Shown: in pieces, positions 13,235 to 26,227 of the stretch
How positions within the stretch are numbered: position 1 is the stretch's first letter
Layout of the letters: each line of letters starts with the position of its first letter
Source: Camelus dromedarius
Lineage: Eukaryota
Direction: 5' to 3'
DNA length: 64,000 nt
Assembly (NCBI RefSeq): GCF_036321535.1
Contig: NC_087436.1
Span: 40,984,001 to 41,048,000 of the forward strand
Notes under the pieces: model-generated
Seen by the model: only the letters and a program-made list of their open reading frames with translations
Databases searched by the model: none
What the model was told of the DNA's origin: nothing
Position numbers and translations under genes: made by a program

Positions 13235-14915
13235 AGTTCACTTAACCAGTGCTTATCCAGCATTATTAATGTAAAAGACACTTTTCCTTGGATCTGAGAA
13301 TACAATTAGAAAAAGATGGAATATGAAGAAGAGGCAAGCAAGACACAGGAGAAAATTAAGAAAAAATGAGAAGGGAGAAGAAAAAGAGGAAAAGAAGAAA
13401 TGGTCAATGTCTTCATTGTGATTTTTAGTTTAGTAGAGGAAAAAGATACTAAATGAGTTCAATTTTTAAATTATATATTATAATAAATCTATAAATGACC
13501 AAAATGTCTTGAAACAAAAATAATTGTGTTGTGTGTGTGTACATGTGTTTGATGTTTGTTTTCATAAGTGGACAGAAAAAAATATTTTTAGGGAATTAAA
13601 ATAATCATGATGAATCCTAAAGCAAATATATTTCTAGGCATGTGAAAAAGAGAAAGAACATTTCAAGGAGCAGGCATGATATGTATAACCATCCAACAAG
13701 TTCCCGAGTTGGGAAGGTGTTGACCAGCTGAGACAATGAAAGAATAGATTAGATGGATCATAACATGTGTTGGGGGAGTTACATAAGATAAATTTGAAGA
13801 GATAGGCAGAAACCAGATAATAGAGAGCCTGGAAGGTCATATTAAGGTATTTGGATTTGATCTTGAGTATTTTGAGAATCTATGCCTGGCAAATTGCAAA
13901 AAGAAAAAAAAGTCCCTAATTATTTACTCTCCCAATATCTGTGCCTTTTTTTGATATGACTTTGCCACTCCTCTTATCCAAAAGCAGAGTCACTGCCCCT
14001 GGTTTGAATCTAGAATGGCCTTGGGCAAGCTACAAGCCCAGGCCTCAAGAGCCCTGTGTATTCCAATACCCTCCTTCTACTCTACTTTTGTTGTTGTAAA
14101 ATGACTGAGTTAGCTGTCTGCGTAATAAGACATATAGATCATAGCCAAGACAGCTCAGTTGTTCCAGCTAAGGCTCTGAGCATCTTGGGTGACATACTCA
14201 ATCAATATCCACAAAGCAATTTAGCCAGACCAATGCTGACCATAAATTCATAAATGACACTTCTGAGCTGAGCATGGGTTGGCAAACATGGGAAATAATA
14301 ACTTCTTGTTCTTTTAAGCTACTAAATTAGGTAGTGATTTATCACACATCAACAGCTTACTGATATACAATGAAATATGTTTACAAATATTAGAGATGAT
14401 AATAATGTCAATGTTTCTACTACTCAGGAGAATAAATAAAAATAGCAATTAAGTTATTTGGAACACTATTTCATATTCCATGTAAGAAATTATGAGGCTT
14501 TAGGCCATAGAAATAAAGAGAAAGGAAGAATTCAATATACAGTTTGCTAGTACAATCAGTGAGACTTGATGGAGTGGATATAGGGGTATGAGAAAGGGAG
14601 TACGTAATCTTAACCTCTAAAGTTCACGTTTGAATAACTGAGTATGTTATGGTACCAATTTTTCTGTTAGAAAACACAACAGCAAAACCAGCAAGCTTTG
14701 GAGCGTGGAATGGGGAAGACCATGGTTTTACTTTGAACATTACATACTTGTTTATGTGAGACCTGAAGACACCTGGTCCAGTAGTATTAGCTGTGGTTTA
14801 CTGAAGGCAAGACTAGAAGAATATTCAATGCGGTTGTGCAGAGAGAAATTATATGAATCTTGAGGACATTTGGCAGAATGTGACTTTTGGAATCATAGGT
14901 CTTAATGCCAGGGGA
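13235..14915 (-). mobile_element. LINE-2 remnant interrupted by an MLT1 LTR
   Basis: Antisense L2 blocks 'gataggcagaaaccagataatagagagcctggaaggtcatattaaggtatttggattt' (13800-13860), continuing after 14370 ('ttgaataactgagtatgttatggtacca'). Confidence 0.7.
13882..14369 (+). mobile_element. MaLR solo LTR (MLT1F/G/H-like)
   Basis: 'tgactttgccactcctc', 'ttgaatctagaatggccttg', 'aggcctcaagag', and a canonical 3' end 'ttttaagctactaaattagg...tactgatataca'. Confidence 0.8.
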
Positions 14916-15126
14916 AGGGATATTTCTAGGTTTGGATCTGTTACCATATCCTACTTGAACATTTCCAGTGATAAGAAATTTTATCACATAACAGCCCAGT
15001 TTTTTCAGACAACTGAAATTGTTGGATTAAAAAAACTTGTTTATTTTTTGGAGGGTATCTTACAAAGTTTTTTCACATGTTAGTAAAATCTATGTAGTTT
15101 TTTGTTCTCGTTTTGGTTGTTTGACT

Positions 15127-15243
15127 ATATATATAATATATATACATATATACACATACATATATACACACACATATATACACACATACAAATACATATA
15201 TACACATATATACACACATATATATGGGTATACACACACACAC

Positions 15244-15274
<31 letters not shown>

Positions 15275-15312
15275 TATATATATATACACACACAAACACA
15301 TATTATATATAT
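15127..15312. repeat. Compound (TA)n/(CA)n microsatellite
   Basis: Directly visible alternating TATA/CACA tract, ~185 bp. Confidence 0.95.
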
Positions 15313-15319
15313 AGCATAA

Positions 15320-15688
15320 AAATTATAGGACCTTGTGTTGTCCTTTCATATGCTAAGGATTCTGCCTCTCCCTTTCCCATCAAATACATTTATTAGCCTT
15401 CTTTGCCAGTGTGCGGTCCCTTAAGGTCTGAAAAGGGGAGACAATCATATGAGATTAGAGGAAATAAGATGAGGTAGAAGACATATGCTTGAGGCAATGA
15501 CTCCTATAGTGCTGGTCAAAAGTCTCCTTCAAGTGATATCTGCTATCTGAGTGCTGGATTCCTGGTTAATGTGCTCTTCAGTCTTCTACTCTTCCAGTCC
15601 TTTGACCACTTTTGATAGCCAATTCCCTGGTAAAAATACCTTTCTCTTGGAAGATTCAGAGTAACATCTAATATCTTGAGCTGATACT
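15320..15688 (+). mobile_element. ERVL LTR remnant (LTR33/LTR16-like)
   Basis: 3' end 'ccaattccctggtaaaaatacctttctcttgg...agagt...ctgatac' resembles LTR33/16 termini. Confidence 0.5.
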
Positions 15689-15981
15689 CAAAGTGCTTGG
15701 ATGAAGGATGAAATAAAAACCTTTCCTCACCACTCTAACAGAGCCTTATTAATGTGGGGTAAGAAATCAAATGGTTGAGGTATAATTCTCAAGAGTATAT
15801 TAGGAGTATACTCTATATAGAAAACAGTTAAAATACCATGCCTTTTAAAGTTGAGGATAAGATCAACATTATTTAAAAGAAAATCATGAAGCAAATAAAA
15901 TTTATAATGAGGTTTCCGACATTTTCTATATCCTCTTTTTACTCTCAGGAGAGATAAAGTAGTGGAAAATTACTGGGCATA

Positions 15982-16687
15982 TAGGCGTATTTCAGAGATA
16001 TTGCCAGTTTAGCTCCTGACCACCACAATAAAACTAATATCAAAATCAAGTGGGTCACACAAACTTTTTTGGTTTCCCAGTGTACATAAAAGTTACGGTT
16101 ACATTATAATATCTATTAGGTGCACAATAGCATCATGCGTAAAAAATGCACACCTTAATTATAAAATAATTTATTGCTAAGAAAGTGCTAACCGTCTTCT
16201 GAGCCTTCAGCGAGTTATATTTTTGCTGGTACAAGGTCTTGCCTCGATGTTGATGGCTGCTGGCTGACCAGGGTGATGGTGACTGACGGGTAGGGGGACT
16301 GTGTCAATTTCTTAAAATAAGAAAACAGTGTAATCTGCCACATCGATTGACTCCTCCTTTCATGAACGACTTCTCTGTACCATGCAGTGCTGTTTCATAG
16401 CATTTTTACTCACAGGAGAATTTCTTTCAAAATTAGAGTCAATCCTCTCAAACTCTGCTACTGCTTTATCAACTAAGTTTATGTAATATTCGAAATCTTT
16501 TGTTATTTCAACCATCTTCACTGAATCTTCACCAGGAGTTGATTCCATCTCAAGAAACCACTTGCTTCGCTCAAACGTAAGTAACTACTTATCCATTAAA
16601 GTGTTATCATGATATTGCAGCAGTCACATTTCAGTCTCCCCTTCTAATTCCAGTTCTCTTGCTATTTCTATTGCATCTTCAACATCT
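15982..16687 (-). mobile_element. Tigger1 (TcMar-Tigger) 3' portion with transposase C-terminal remnant
   Basis: Terminus taggcgtatttcagagatattgc (=CAGGCATACCTCGGAGATATTGC) preceded by TA. Minus-strand peptides IARELELE and [42 protein letters not shown] match the Tigger1/TIGD1-type transposase C-terminus. Confidence 0.95.
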
Positions 16688-16699
16688 GAGGAGTGTTCA

Positions 16700-16960
16700 T
16701 TCAAGAATCTCTGCTGAAATCTGGAAAGCACATCTGGGTTTGCAGCATACTTCCATACTCTCCTTTTCAGGTCTACCACAGCCCTGAAAGCCAGGGGCCT
16801 CAAGATCACAGTAGCTGTTAAGAACAGAAGACTTGCAAGCACAGGAAGACCAGGAATGGAGTTTATTCAAAAGCCCATTTCTAGAGCACTGACACTATCT
16901 GACCTGTCTCACAACAGCCTGGAAAAGCCCCATTCACTGATTCACTGGAATATCTGTAGG
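16700..16960 (+). mobile_element. L1M (L1MC/MD-type) 5' region fragment
   Basis: 'ttcaaaagcccatttctagagcactgacactatctgacctgtct...cctggaaaagcccca' resembles L1MC/MD 5' UTR. Confidence 0.5.
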
Positions 16961-18789
16961 TGACAAATGTACAAGTTGTTGCTGCTGAAAACAATGTGTC
17001 CCACATTTTTACAGCTGCTTGTGTCCAATGGCAAAATAGAAAGTGTGGTGCAAAATGAAGGAAAGAATGGCTATTAAGATATGTCTAATAATAAGGTAGT
17101 GAAGAAAAAATTAATAACTAGAACTAGCAAAATAAAATATCCAAGATTGAATTATAAAAGCCATCTGCTAGAAAAGAAAGTACAAATAACTGAAAATCCC
17201 ATATTTAGAAAATAATGTAAAATTTTAGAAAGGTATTTTATTTCATAAAAAGATTTAAATTATATGGTCAGGAAAAACCAAATGAACACTTTTTTAAGAA
17301 AAGAAAATTAACACAACAATCAAAATTCTTCACTGGGGAGAGTAAAGCCAAAGCAACTCAATGATTAAAATTTAATAATCAATCTACCACAAAACTACTA
17401 ATTATGCACAAATAAGAGGTTGTTAAAATGCTAATTATATGTAGTTATAAATTTCATTGTCCTAATTCTATTCTCTCTCATTATACTTCACTGATTTCCA
17501 CTCAGCCTTTGTCTAGCTAGGTGCAAAGAATTTTCTACCCACATATAGTCATTTCATTTTACAAGAATGAATGTAATTATCACCTAGCTAGAAGCTAAGG
17601 GGCTTTTTTTTAAACCTAGCTCGAGTGAACTGACCCAATTAACACCTTGCATGAATACTATGAATATTATTAATTTCATAAGGTGTTTTGAGCTTAGAGT
17701 ACTTTTGATTGATTGGTTTCTCTTCTTGAGAAGTTTTTTATCTTTTTCTCATTATCTGTATTTGGTTTTAGACTCTCAGCTTAAAAATTACAAGTCTTTT
17801 TAAATTTCTAATCATCCTGGGTGCTGCTTTACCCATGAAGTAACTTAGTTTTCTTAATGTTCTATCATAGAAACACATCTAGAAGACACAAAGAAAATCA
17901 CAACGACCTGCTTCATGTTTATCTTCCATAGGAAGAGAAGACTAACATATTCAGGAGGACATGACCATATTTGGTCTCTCTCTATAGGCATATGTAGTCT
18001 TTATTCTAAGTGCCCTTAAAATTAATTCTACAAATGAATAAGTGGGAAACTGCTTAGCTCACGGTTTGTATTATGAAAAGTGAGTTAGTAAGGGAGACTC
18101 TAATAGAATAATTCTATAAAAGTCTGTTGATCCTAACAATGTCCATACTTTGAAAACAAAATTGGTTTTGACTTATTTTCCAAAACTTTGTCTTGAAATC
18201 TTGCAGTCAGATTTTCAGATCTACACTTTTCTTCAGAATTTACTACATACAGTTTCTCCACTGCATTAAGGTGCTGACAATCCTCAAATGATTCAAAGTG
18301 TCACTCTCATCTGATTCACCTCTGTATATCTCACAGCTCCTTCTCATCCCTTTTTGTTGTTTTTTTCTCTATCTCCTTAGCTCTCTAAAGGTTAGAGATT
18401 TTTCTAGATTCCATCTTTGGCACTCTTCTGTTTTATTCTTTGATTTCAACTATATAATAATGATCCTCAATAAATTTTTCAGCTGGAGAGTCTCAAAAAT
18501 AGTTATTGTTTCACTGAATATTATTAGGTACTGATAATAATATTGATTGTTCCTTAGACAGACACTATTGTGTTGCTTTCATACTAACTATTGATGAAAA
18601 AGAGCCCATTTATAATCATAAACTATACCAAATTATTAATCACCAATTTGGCACTGAATAGTTCTTTAGACTTAGAGAGTGATAACCAACAGACTATTCC
18701 AGTGGCCAATTCTGAATTTAGCACACCTCAGCCACTCTGATTGTTTTGCTTTAATGTCATACTTCAAGGAGATCCTTGATCGAAAGATT

Positions 18790-18905
18790 TTATTTTAATT
18801 TTCTCAGCCTGGGATTTCATCCCCTAGACATCTTCGTGTTCACTCACTCTCTCACTTTCTTGGTTCTTTTCTCAAATATCACTTTCTCTAGTTGGCTTTC
18901 TCTGC
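18790..18905 (+). mobile_element. L2 fragment
   Basis: 'cagcctgggatttcatcccctagacatc...ctcactttc...ctcaaatatcactttctc' is the sense L2 3' pattern. Confidence 0.55.
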
Positions 18906-19360
18906 TTTTTAATAATTACAAAGAGAAATGGAATTTTAAATAAAAAATTCAAGGTGAGATTACATCACATCAGCACTGGTGTTATGTCAACACAAGGAAA
19001 TTCAAGTATATATCATTGTAGGGTCTAATTAATATCTAGAAAATGAACTAACAAAAAACTGATAAGGAATCAAGCATAGCTATACAGAAACCATACATTG
19101 AAGGATTTTGTTCCAAATATTTTTTTCTAAATTTTCTCATCCTGTAAGTAATTCTAGGATAGAAAATACATGCAAGAAACTATGTTATCAGGGTGAAGAA
19201 GAAAAAAAGCAAGTTTTGCTGCATTCAAAAAATTCATCACAGAATTAAACACACACACATACATACAGATAGCTATGTAAACAAAGTACATACGGCATCA
19301 AAACAGATATTTGAAAAAGTGTTATAAAATCAGAGTGGTGAGAGAGTCTGCATTTTAAGG

Positions 19361-20036
19361 TAGGAATCTGAAGATTTTTTCTATAAAGGGGCAGAAGGTA
19401 CATATTTTATATTTTCCAGAACTATGGTTTCTGTCTGTCTGATGCAAAAGCAGTCACAGACAATATGTAAATGAATGTGTATATTTGCTTCTTTTTGCTG
19501 CTGTCATAAGCTACCACAAACTTAGTGGCTTAAGAAAACACAATTTTACATTCTTAGATTTCTGGATGTTTGAAGTCTAAAGTCAAAGTGTCAGCAGGGT
19601 TATACTCCTATAAAAGGTTTCAAGGGAGAATCTGTTTCCTTCCATTTTATGTTTCTAGAGTCTGCCTGCATTTCTGGGCTCAAGACCCTTTCCTTACATC
19701 ACCTTGGCCTCTTGTTTCCATCATCGCATTTCCTACAGTTATCTCTGATCCTCCTTGCCTCAAGCTTAGAAAGATTCTTGTGATTACATTAGATTTAGGA
19801 TAATTTCCCCATTTAAAGAAACTTAATCTTAATTTCAAAGTCCCTTTCATTATGCAAGGAGAATTATTCAGATTATCCAGAGGTTAGGATGTGGACAATT
19901 TTGTTGTTGTTTAAAAATTAATTTGGAGGGGGACACTATTATTCAGCCTATCATGGCATGGCTCTGCTCCAGTAAAACTTCATTTACAAAGTGACAGATG
20001 AGAGTTGGCTCATGGGTCAAAGTTTGTCAATCCCCC
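19361..20036 (+). mobile_element. MER58A (hAT-Charlie MITE) split by an MLT1 insertion
   Basis: Left half 'ttttttctataaaggggcaga...aaagcagtcacagacaatatgtaaatgaatg' (19361-19477); right half 'ggcatggctctgctccagtaaaacttcatttacaaa...agtttgtcaatcccc' (19954-20036). Confidence 0.85.
19478..19953 (-). mobile_element. MaLR solo LTR (MLT1B/C-like)
   Basis: Antisense MLT1: 'gctgctgtcataagctaccacaaacttagtggcttaa', 'agggagaatctgtttcc', 'ggttaggatgtggaca', 'attcagccta'. Confidence 0.88.
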
Positions 20037-21837
20037 TTTTTTAAGGGTTAGTTACAAACTTCTTTTTCTATTTTACATACTTCCAGTATTTACCCAAGAG
20101 AAATAAAAACATGTGCTTACATCACAATGCTTGCATCACAAACTACTTTAAATTTTATTTTCAGTAATAAATATTCATTAGATCAATCTCCATGTGTTTA
20201 TGTTGGACATGTATAGTAATGGAGAGATGGATTTTTTAACGTCTTTAAAAATGTGGGTATGTTATATACCCACATATTAGAGAAGTTGAGTTTTGCTTCT
20301 CAAATCAATTTCACTTTTCTATGTGATACAAAGTCTGATTTCTAAATAACTTATGTTTATTCTTGCATATATTCCTTTCACCGAGATAATATTCACTATA
20401 AAGCCATTACATAATATCTCTGTCGCACTATGGCAAAAAATCTAATCAGCAGGCAGGAAATGCTGCAATCCTTTCTCTCAGAATCATATCCCTAAAAGGA
20501 TGAAGAATCAATATGGGGAGAAAGTGATGAGGAGCAACAAGAGGACAATATAATAAACTTATTGTGAGTGAAGTATAATTCTTGCAATTATATAATATTA
20601 ATATAGACTAAAGAGTAGAAAAGAAAAAAGGAATCAAAAAATACATTTTTTAAAACTACATTTGTGGTAAATGCTAAAAACGTCTTGTCAATTATATTTA
20701 AAAATAAACTGCTTAAACATAAACAACTTTTAATTGTCTGGCTTTTCTACAAAAAACTGACATTTGTTCTATTTTTAAAAATTGATTTTCCAAGTATTAA
20801 TATATAGGTTCATTTCACCAAGAGATTTCCATTTACAATAATGCTATGGATATGTGTTAGGGTATTACAAAGCTGTATTGAATCTAATAGTTTTCTAATA
20901 TAGTCTGTTACCAATTAAGAGTATTAAATTACACTTTCAGGTTATGGCAATGAAATCCAGCTTCCAAAGTTTAATTTATTCTGACTCTGCCATTCAAGTA
21001 AATTAAAGCTTGCTAAGTGGTTGCAAGATGTTAGACAGTTTACCAAACAGGATAAGACAAGGTACTTAATGCTGAGTAGAAATATAACTTCCCCTGACTA
21101 GTCCTGTTACTCATCAAGTACATGATATCTAAAGAAGCAGCCAAAGTTATCACATCCAAGTTTATATACTACTGAACTAAATGCCTCTCATTTGCAAATG
21201 GCCTTGGTATGTTATATGCCCAGAATTATATGTGAAACCACCACAGATTTATTCTTTAGAGGAAAAAAAAAGAATCATTTTAGCAGAAAAGATTCAGGCT
21301 TATAATCTACAAAACCAAAAGCGTAAATATATATTTATCTTCACTATCATGACAAATATTTTTGTTTCCTGATGAAAACTGTAATTATAGAAAACATGCA
21401 TGTGTAATTGAACATAATAATGGTAATATATGTATAGGTCCTTTGAAATGTACATTCTATATACACTTTTATAGCATGTTTATTATAAAATATTTATTAT
21501 GTAAAATATATATTAAATATATTCCTAACAAACATATTTGTACAGCATATCTCCAATGTACATTTCATGTAAATAGACTGGTATATTTATCAAAAAGTTA
21601 AAATGGGTAATTTTATAATTGTTTTGCCACAATAGAGGTCAGTTCTCAAAAATTCAGTACAATCAATGAAAGATAATAAAATTCAAGAAGTAACACTATT
21701 TTTATTGTTAAGTTTTCCAGAACCTATTACCTATTTACTACATCTGATAAGTTTCAAAATTTTTATTTTAACTATGCCTATCTCTAAGAGAAGATGGTCA
21801 AAATTGTTGACAGGCTTGTAAAGCTAGATAATATTGT

Positions 21838-21842
<5 letters not shown>

Positions 21843-21884
<42 letters not shown>
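21843..21884. repeat. (TG)21 microsatellite
   Basis: Perfect TG dinucleotide run. Confidence 0.98.
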
Positions 21885-21886
<2 letters not shown>

Positions 21887-22429
21887 ATATTGTAGTAGTA
21901 TTCCTAGGTTTAAATTCAAGGTTAAAAAAATAATTCAGAATACTGTACCAAAAAGAAAAAAAAATGTATTCACACTGAGGAGAAATAACTTTATTGTTGC
22001 ATGGAAGAAAAATGTTTTCATAAAAGAGCAATCTAAAGGAAATAGCAATCTCTAAGACTCCTGTGACATAGTCTATAAATCTTTATAGTTCATTTTTTCT
22101 TCTATCTTAAAAAAAGAAAACACTAAAAATAAAAAAAAGGCCAGTGCTATGTGAAAACTCAAAGGAAAAGCTAGGATTTGAAAGAGTTTAGATATCTGTA
22201 ACTTATTTTCAGAGTTTTTAATTCATAAACTCATTTCAAATAGTATTCATAACTGTTATAGAAGAATATATAATTTTTTAAAGTTGCAGGTTGCTTGTTT
22301 TGCTGGGCAACCAATATACATTATCAAGTACATTACCCTCAGATCCCTGACCCACGTTCTGCTAACACATATTAATGTGCAATTGCTATTTCTTAGATAG
22401 TTTTCTGTAGCTAATATTTTCAATAAAAT

Positions 22430-22640
22430 GATTCTCATAAACCAAACAATAGTCCGTATAAGTGTGTGATTGCAGATGATCAGTAGATTTTCTGGGGAAT
22501 GGGAAAGGGAGGAGGGTAGAGGGAATGAAGACTTCCATACTTCCTTTTTAATCTACTAGTTTGTCTATTATTTTATTTAATTTTATAATGGGTATATGGT
22601 CCATTTGCCTTTTATAATTAGCTCAATATTTAAAAAAATA
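22430..22640 (+). mobile_element. Old L1ME 3' end fragment
   Basis: G-rich then T-rich pattern of L1ME3/4 3' UTR, ending in an A-run. Confidence 0.45.
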
Positions 22641-22769
22641 GGACAGTTTTTTAAAGAAATAATTTAGGAAAAGAATTGAGCCTCTGTTTTTCAAAGCTTT
22701 TAATAGTTTACATATGGCTCTAGTTTTAGTAACTCATTTGATTCTCACATCTCACATAAGAATGAAAGC

Positions 22770-22985
22770 TGTGTGCTCTGTTAAAAAGCACTGTGTCTGG
22801 GCCCAAAATTCTCAGTTACTTCAGGATTTACCTTTTTCTGACAGATAAGACCTCAGTAAAATTACTGAAGTTCCCTAAGCTTAAGGTTTCACACTTAATA
22901 ACACAGAGATAATACTGACACCTAATTCACACTATGGCAATCAAGTAAGTTCACATATATTAAAGCAATTTATAGACTCAACACA
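22770..22985 (+). mobile_element. MIR SINE
   Basis: Degenerate core 'gacctcagtaaaattactgaagttccctaagcttaaggtttc...gagataatactgacaccta'. Confidence 0.65.
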
Positions 22986-23226
22986 CATTAGCCAATACAT
23001 GGCCTCATTTATCACCTAAATTCACATGGTTAACATGTGATACAATTTGGGACAGAATTCATCCAGTATACTTTTCCTTAAAGAACACTGTCTCTCTCAT
23101 CCACCTACAGTTACAAAATGGAATATGCCATCATTCAAATATGATGTCAAGTATAAATTAATCTATTCATATAGATGGTACTAATGATCCTAGTGGTATT
23201 ATTGATAAATCTATCTGTAGCATTTG

Positions 23227-23326
23227 AAAAAAACAGTACTTCCCTCCCATGGTTGTTACAAGTGTTGAAAATATCAATACCAAACTATACATTTAGAATG
23301 AGTCCTGAAATAAATACTCAGTAAAT
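23227..23326 (+). repeat. Local direct duplicate of the MIR 3' segment at 23926-24030
   Basis: Direct alignment: 5 substitutions and one 7-nt indel over ~100 nt. Confidence 0.93.
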
Positions 23327-23719
23327 TTTCCATTTTAACACTTACTAACAAATCTCAATGAAAACGTTTTTAATAAACATTTTATTTTTTGATCATGCTT
23401 ACTCTAAGATATACTTGACACTACCAATTTGGGTATAACCTTGGGTGTGTTTATCAAGGGTTACCAAGGCTTGAGAAATGCTTAAGAGACACAGAGCAGA
23501 TATTTTGGACTTTCTGGAAAGTTTAGTTTCTTGCAGGACTAATTATCTATGGGCTAGTTTCTGTTTTTGTTTTTTGTTTTTCTTACTGATTTTTAGAAAA
23601 TATTAATATATTCTGAATAGGATATTTTGATAAAACTGTACAAACATTTCTCTATGCTTGCTTGTTTCTAAAAATTATGTCTTTCTTTACACATAATATA
23701 TTTTTGAGAGATTTCATAC

Positions 23720-24075
23720 AGCATGGTTAATCTTATCTGTTACTGGAGATGAAATGCCTGATTTTAGTAGCATCTCCTCAACTTTTGACTGGCTAATTTA
23801 GTTAACTCGCCTAATTGTTTCCTTTCCTTGTCAAACAATCGGTAACCAATATACACTGATCATATTACCAAGGGCAATTTACTTAAATACTCTATGCCTT
23901 GTTTTCTAACATCCAACAACAGAAGAAAAACAGTACTTACCTCCTATGGTTGTTACGAGTGTTGAAAACATCAATACCAAACCATACATTTAGAATGAGT
24001 CCTGAAATAATAAATAAATACTCAGTAAATAATAAATAGTTGCAGCACAACTATATTACTATTTTATTATTACTA
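23720..24075 (+). mobile_element. MIR SINE (with ~70-bp non-MIR insert at ~23795-23865)
   Basis: 'gggcaatttacttaaatactctatgccttgttttctaacatc...agtacttacctcctatggttgttacgag' is the MIR core and 3' part. Confidence 0.75.
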
Positions 24076-24412
24076 TTACTGCTATTATATTGCTTCTGTT
24101 GTCGGTGTTATTGTTATGGCTACCACATTTTCTACTTCCATGTTTCCTTGTTATTTCTACCATTTAATAGGTCATATTTTCTTTGTCTTATTCCTCCTCA
24201 CCACTTCAGCCCAGGGGGTCTTTGTTTTGGTGATGAAGGATATTAGTGTTTCTCTCCCCTTGGATTGTTTCTTTCTGCCCTGCTGCTCAGTGTTGTGAAG
24301 TTCTCAAACAGTTTTCCATTTTACTTACATACCCACAGCCATGCTACAAAGCCTTCCCACTTTCTCAAGAGTGTTAGCCTGCGAATTTAGCCTAGGTCAG
24401 ATACCTCAGGGC

Positions 24413-24433
24413 GGGGGGGGGGGGGGGGGGGGG
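24413..24433 (+). repeat. G21 homopolymer
   Basis: Directly visible. Confidence 0.95.
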
Positions 24434-24686
24434 TTGCTCTTCTCTTGCTGAGGTGCAAGTCTGTAATCACCTTGATGGTTATAGCTGCTTTGTGTGTGTG
24501 TGGCTTTTCTATGTGCTGAGGAAGGGTAGGCATTTCTCTGAATCTGTCATCATTTTCACTCTGGCCTTCCTGCAGTGTATTGATTGCTCCTTGGTTCCTT
24601 CTACTTTTACCTGCTTTCTATCTACAAGAGTTCCCCAATAATTTCTGGCCTCTAGATGGTATTTATACTCTTCCTATATTTATTTA

Positions 24687-24900
<214 letters not shown>

Positions 24901-26227
24901 CAGGGATTTGGGTAGATTTTAGATTTAAATAGATCCAATCTCTTACTTCATTTTGCCTTAGTATTTATTTACTCTTTGTATATTTTCTTTATTTTTTAAG
25001 TCTTAGAAATATTTTAATAAAATCTTAAGATAAGCCACAAGGCTATCCAATTATGCTATTTAATGATGTTTTCTAAAATTAATTAGCTAACATACCTTTA
25101 TAATCATACTCACTGTCTTTGTAACTTTCAAGAACAGTGAGAAAAACTCTCTGGATATAGACATTAAAAAGTGAAATCTCTTTTAAAATAATTTATTTAT
25201 AAAAGAATACCATTAAGCAATAAAATTTTAAGAGACAATATAAGATTAAATTATGGTTCTGAAGAAAATTGTTTAAGAGTTCCTGGCCTTTGTCAGTATT
25301 TTGCTTTCTTGTCATTTCTCACTATTGATTTTATTGCATTTCTCCATTTCAGTGTCAAAAACCTAATGGCATGCATCTATCAGATTCACCTTCAACTGAT
25401 TTCAGTGTTATTTCCTTCAAAAGTATCTACAGCATTGTAAAAATTGTTTTGATAGACACAATTTCTTGTCTTTTGAGTGAGTTGCTGACTATGGCATGCT
25501 GTATTTTTTATTCCTTAGCTCTTAAGAAAGGTCTAAAAAAACTTAAATATATATTTCATGAAAAGAGCTTTCAAAATATTCCTCTCACTGACTTTGCAGT
25601 GACTTCTTTTATTATTCAATACACCTCCACCAAATAGCTGTGTTTCACGAAGTCAGACCACAGTGAACAGCAAAAACCTAAAATGCTCCTTTGGTAAGTT
25701 TTAGTAAGGAGCAGTGTTGTTTCTTTTAATTTATTATTCATTTATTTGAGGCATCTGTAGATTTCCTTTCTAAATATGCTCTTCATTTGTAAAATAACCA
25801 TGAGATTCTGAAGGTCAAGGGAAGGAAATTTCTGTAAATGAATCTTACACATAGCAAGTTGATTATTATTGTAACAACTTGCCTGTGGAATTTCTCCAAT
25901 TTTTACTTCTATTTTCATGAAATACAGAACAGAATAATACACTGCTACAGTTCAACTTGAGGTCCTGTTAAATTAAAAATTATATACTTATGCACTAAAA
26001 CAATCTACAGATGGGGAATGTGAAAATATTGTTTATGCTTATAAATAATCATTTATTAACTTTCTATTAATATTTTTTCTGACATTATACTTAAGAAGTT
26101 CAATAAAAATTCCCCAAAGCAGTGTGTACTCTGTAATATACATTAACTATTTAATATATAAATATATAATTATAAAATTTACATATATAAGTATAGAATT
26201 ATTTATATACCTATATATAAATGCACA

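Noticed and set aside
15037..15396. Overlapping Y/I/H/T and C/V/Y-rich ORFs
   Set aside because: Translations of the (TA)/(CA) microsatellite.
16360..16842. TIGD1-like peptides as a domesticated transposase gene
   Set aside because: Only a frameshifted C-terminal fragment of a truncated Tigger1.
21798..22055. VCVC / HTHT ORFs
   Set aside because: (TG)n microsatellite translations.
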